A stretch of DNA of 59,024 nucleotides from an uncultured Erysipelothrix sp. Its GTDB lineage: Bacteria; Bacillota_I; Bacilli_A; Erysipelotrichales; Erysipelotrichaceae. This document shows, piece by piece, positions 57,028 through 59,024 of the stretch (position 1 is its first letter; each line of letters begins with the position of its first letter). Location of the stretch: positions 1-59,024 of the forward strand of contig CBDUDQ010000001.1 in NCBI GenBank assembly GCA_965365985.1, read 5' to 3'. The notes beneath the pieces are model-generated. The model saw only the letters and a program-made list of their open reading frames with translations. It was not told the DNA's origin and made no database searches. Position numbers and translations under genes: made by a program.

Positions 57028-58614
57028 TTATTTATTTTTTTGAATGTATTCTTCGTAAGTTCCTAAGTGATCTTCAATTGAACCATCTTTTTTAATTGAA
57101 ATGACACGGTTGACTGTTGAATTTAAAAGTTGGTAGTCATGGGAGCTCATGATAAGCACACCCGGAAATTTAATCAGTGCATTGTTAAGTGCGGTAATTG
57201 ATTCCATATCCAAATGGTTTGTTGGTTCATCAAGAATTAAAACGTTTGCTCCAGTGATCATCATTTTTGACATCATACAGCGAACTTTTTCCCCACCAGA
57301 TAATACGTTAAGAGATTTTAATGCATCATCTCCTGAGAAAATCATTCTTCCCAAAAACCCACGAACAAATGATTCGTCTTTTTCATCAGAATATTGCATT
57401 AACCAATCAACAATGCGTTGCTTAGTTTTAAACTGATCGTCAAAATCTTTGTTAAAGTATCCTACTTGAGCTGAAGCACCCCATTGGATGGTTCCTGAAT
57501 CAAGTGGCATTTTTTCTGCAAGTAAGTCAAAGAACAATGATTTTGCGCTTTCACTCTCACTGACAACAACAACTTTATCTTTATTTGATAGAGTGATTGA
57601 TATATTATTTAAAACAGGTGTATCATCTTTAGAATATGTCGCGTCTTTAATTGATAAAACAGATTGCCCTAATTCGCGTTTAGGCTTAAAGTCAATGAAT
57701 GGATACTTACGGTTTGATGGTTTCATATCTTCGACATTGATTTTTCCAAGTTGTTGTTTACGAGAGGTTGCTTGTTTTGATTTCGAAGCATTGGCACTAA
57801 ATCGAGCAATAAAGTCTTGAAGTTCTTTAATTTTTTCTTCTTTTTTCTTGTTTGAATCTTTCATTTGACGAAGCATCAATTGACTGGATTCATACCAAAA
57901 ATCATAGTTCCCTACAAACAATTGGATTTTACCAAAATCAATATCGGCAATATGTGTACATGTTTTATTTAAAAATGCACGGTCATGCGATACAAGAATA
58001 ACAGTTGAATCAATGTTGATTAAAAATTCTTCCAACCAGTTAATGGCTTCTAAATCCAAGTGGTTAGTCGGCTCATCCAATAGTAAGATATCTGGATTAC
58101 CAAATAAAGATTGTGCTAAAAGCACTTTTACTTTGTCACTGGCATCCATATCTTTCATTAAGATATCATGTAACTTGTTGTTGATACCCAAACCATTTAA
58201 TAAGATTGCGGCGTCACTTTCAGCATTCCAGCCGTCCATATCTGCGAATTTTTCTTCAAGTTCCCCTGCTCTGATCCCATCGGCATCAGTAAAGTCACTT
58301 TTAGCATAAATTTCATCTTTTTCTTTCATGATTTTATACAAATCTGTATTTCCCATAATAACGGTCTCTAAAACACTGTATTCATCATAAGCAAAGTGAT
58401 CTTGCTTTAAGAATGACAGACGTTTTCCGTTTTGAATAGAGATATTACCACTGCTTGGATCAATTTCTCCAGACAATAGTTTTAAAAATGTAGATTTACC
58501 TGCACCATTGGCCCCTATTACGCCATAGCAGTTGTTGTTTAAGAATGTAATGTTAACATCTTCAAATAGTGGAACCCCACTGAACATTAAAGATAAATTA
58601 TTCGTACTGATCAT
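57028..58614 (-). CDS. ABC-F family ribosome-associated ATPase (YkpA/YbiT-like)
   Basis: Two ABC domains and no TM segments: GANGAGKST, LLLDEPTNHLD, linker FSANASKSKQATSRK, LSGGEKVR, LDEPTNHLD. Confidence 0.95.
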   Translation of the reverse strand: MISTNNLSLMFSGVPLFEDVNITFLNNNCYGVIGANGAGKSTFLKLLSGEIDPSSGNISIQNGKRLSFLKQDHFAYDEYSVLETVIMGNTDLYKIMKEKDEIYAKSDFTDADGIRAGELEEKFADMDGWNAESDAAILLNGLGINNKLHDILMKDMDASDKVKVLLAQSLFGNPDILLLDEPTNHLDLEAINWLEEFLINIDSTVILVSHDRAFLNKTCTHIADIDFGKIQLFVGNYDFWYESSQLMLRQMKDSNKKKEEKIKELQDFIARFSANASKSKQATSRKQQLGKINVEDMKPSNRKYPFIDFKPKRELGQSVLSIKDATYSKDDTPVLNNISITLSNKDKVVVVSESESAKSLFFDLLAEKMPLDSGTIQWGASAQVGYFNKDFDDQFKTKQRIVDWLMQYSDEKDESFVRGFLGRMIFSGDDALKSLNVLSGGEKVRCMMSKMMITGANVLILDEPTNHLDMESITALNNALIKFPGVLIMSSHDYQLLNSTVNRVISIKKDGSIEDHLGTYEEYIQKNK

Positions 58615-58653
58615 AGTTTAACTCCTTCATCGTTAGAAATTTCATCAATCGTT

Positions 58654-58662
58654 ATTATATCA
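58654..58662 (-). promoter_or_regulatory. Extended -10 promoter for the ABC-F gene
   Basis: TG-a-TATAAT on the minus strand about 40 bp before the ATG; AAGGAG SD present. Confidence 0.6.
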
Positions 58663-58724
58663 TGTTTAATGTAGAATAACATTCCAAAGAACGCATTCAT
58701 TCATTAAATATGTGTGAATTTTAT

Positions 58725-58761
58725 AATAATGCCATATCGCTTCTCGCAATATGGCATTATT
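58725..58761. repeat. 13-bp perfect inverted repeat (orphan hairpin)
   Basis: aataatgccatat-N11-atatggcattatt. Confidence 0.7.
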
Positions 58762-58871
58762 GTCATATTTCTTCTTTAAAAAGTATAAAGTTATTATATA
58801 TTTTAACTTCCAAACATCATTAAAATTACTCAGATAACCTGTATAAGATTAACACAGTCATTCACATTCAT

Positions 58872-58890
58872 CAAGGATTTAAAATCCTTG
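58872..58890. promoter_or_regulatory. Operator-like perfect palindrome
   Basis: caaggattt-a-aaatccttg, located 9 bp before a TTGACA hexamer (58900-58905). Confidence 0.45.
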
Positions 58891-58939
58891 CGGATACTTT
58901 TGACATTTATATGAGAGTTTAAAAATAATGATTTATTTG

Positions 58940-59009
58940 AAAAAAAAAACATCAGCCGAAGCTGATGTTCTCGCATAAATGACATCCGTGGAAGACATCG
59001 ATTAGTGCT
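58940..59009 (-). ncRNA. Candidate ~70-nt small RNA or attenuated leader
   Basis: TG-t-TATAAT at 59023-59015 on the minus strand; terminator aacatcagc-TTCG-gctgatgtt (cUUCGg loop) running into a 10-T tract that ends at 58940. Confidence 0.55.
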
Positions 59010-59024
59010 AAACCATTATAACAC

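Overview
This is an AT-rich, low-GC Firmicute chromosomal window using the standard genetic code. Gene content suggests Erysipelotrichaceae/Erysipelothrix (inference from gene order and content, not a database result). It appears to span the replication terminus. All 30 genes from 1 to 31360 are on the + strand and 19 of the 20 genes after 31572 are on the - strand. A 28-bp dif-like site (31433-31460) sits exactly at the switch, between two convergent terminators and about 1.25 kb from a xerD-family recombinase. The left half is housekeeping: obgE-ruvAB-murG-divIB-asp23-fakA-recG-rnc-polC, the rimP-nusA-infB-rbfA operon, truB-ribF-mgtC, and nusB-xseAB-ispA-dxs-like-recN-dinB-xerD-deoB. The right half is envelope-related: murJ, a secreted Ig-domain protein, a lipid kinase, an LTA-synthase-family protein, NADH oxidase, an L-FucNAc polysaccharide operon containing licD, an LCP protein, sbcCD, a two-gene cytidylyltransferase-PLP fusion + DUF1015 operon and an ABC-F ATPase. 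The most interesting observations are four: (1) a candidate choline-independent pathway that makes a CDP-aminoalcohol for LicD; (2) a full-length DXS homologue that has lost nearly all catalytic residues; (3) a highly symmetric dif site beside one Xer gene; (4) a candidate ~70-nt small RNA at the window end. No rRNA, tRNA, CRISPR array, IS element or prophage was seen.
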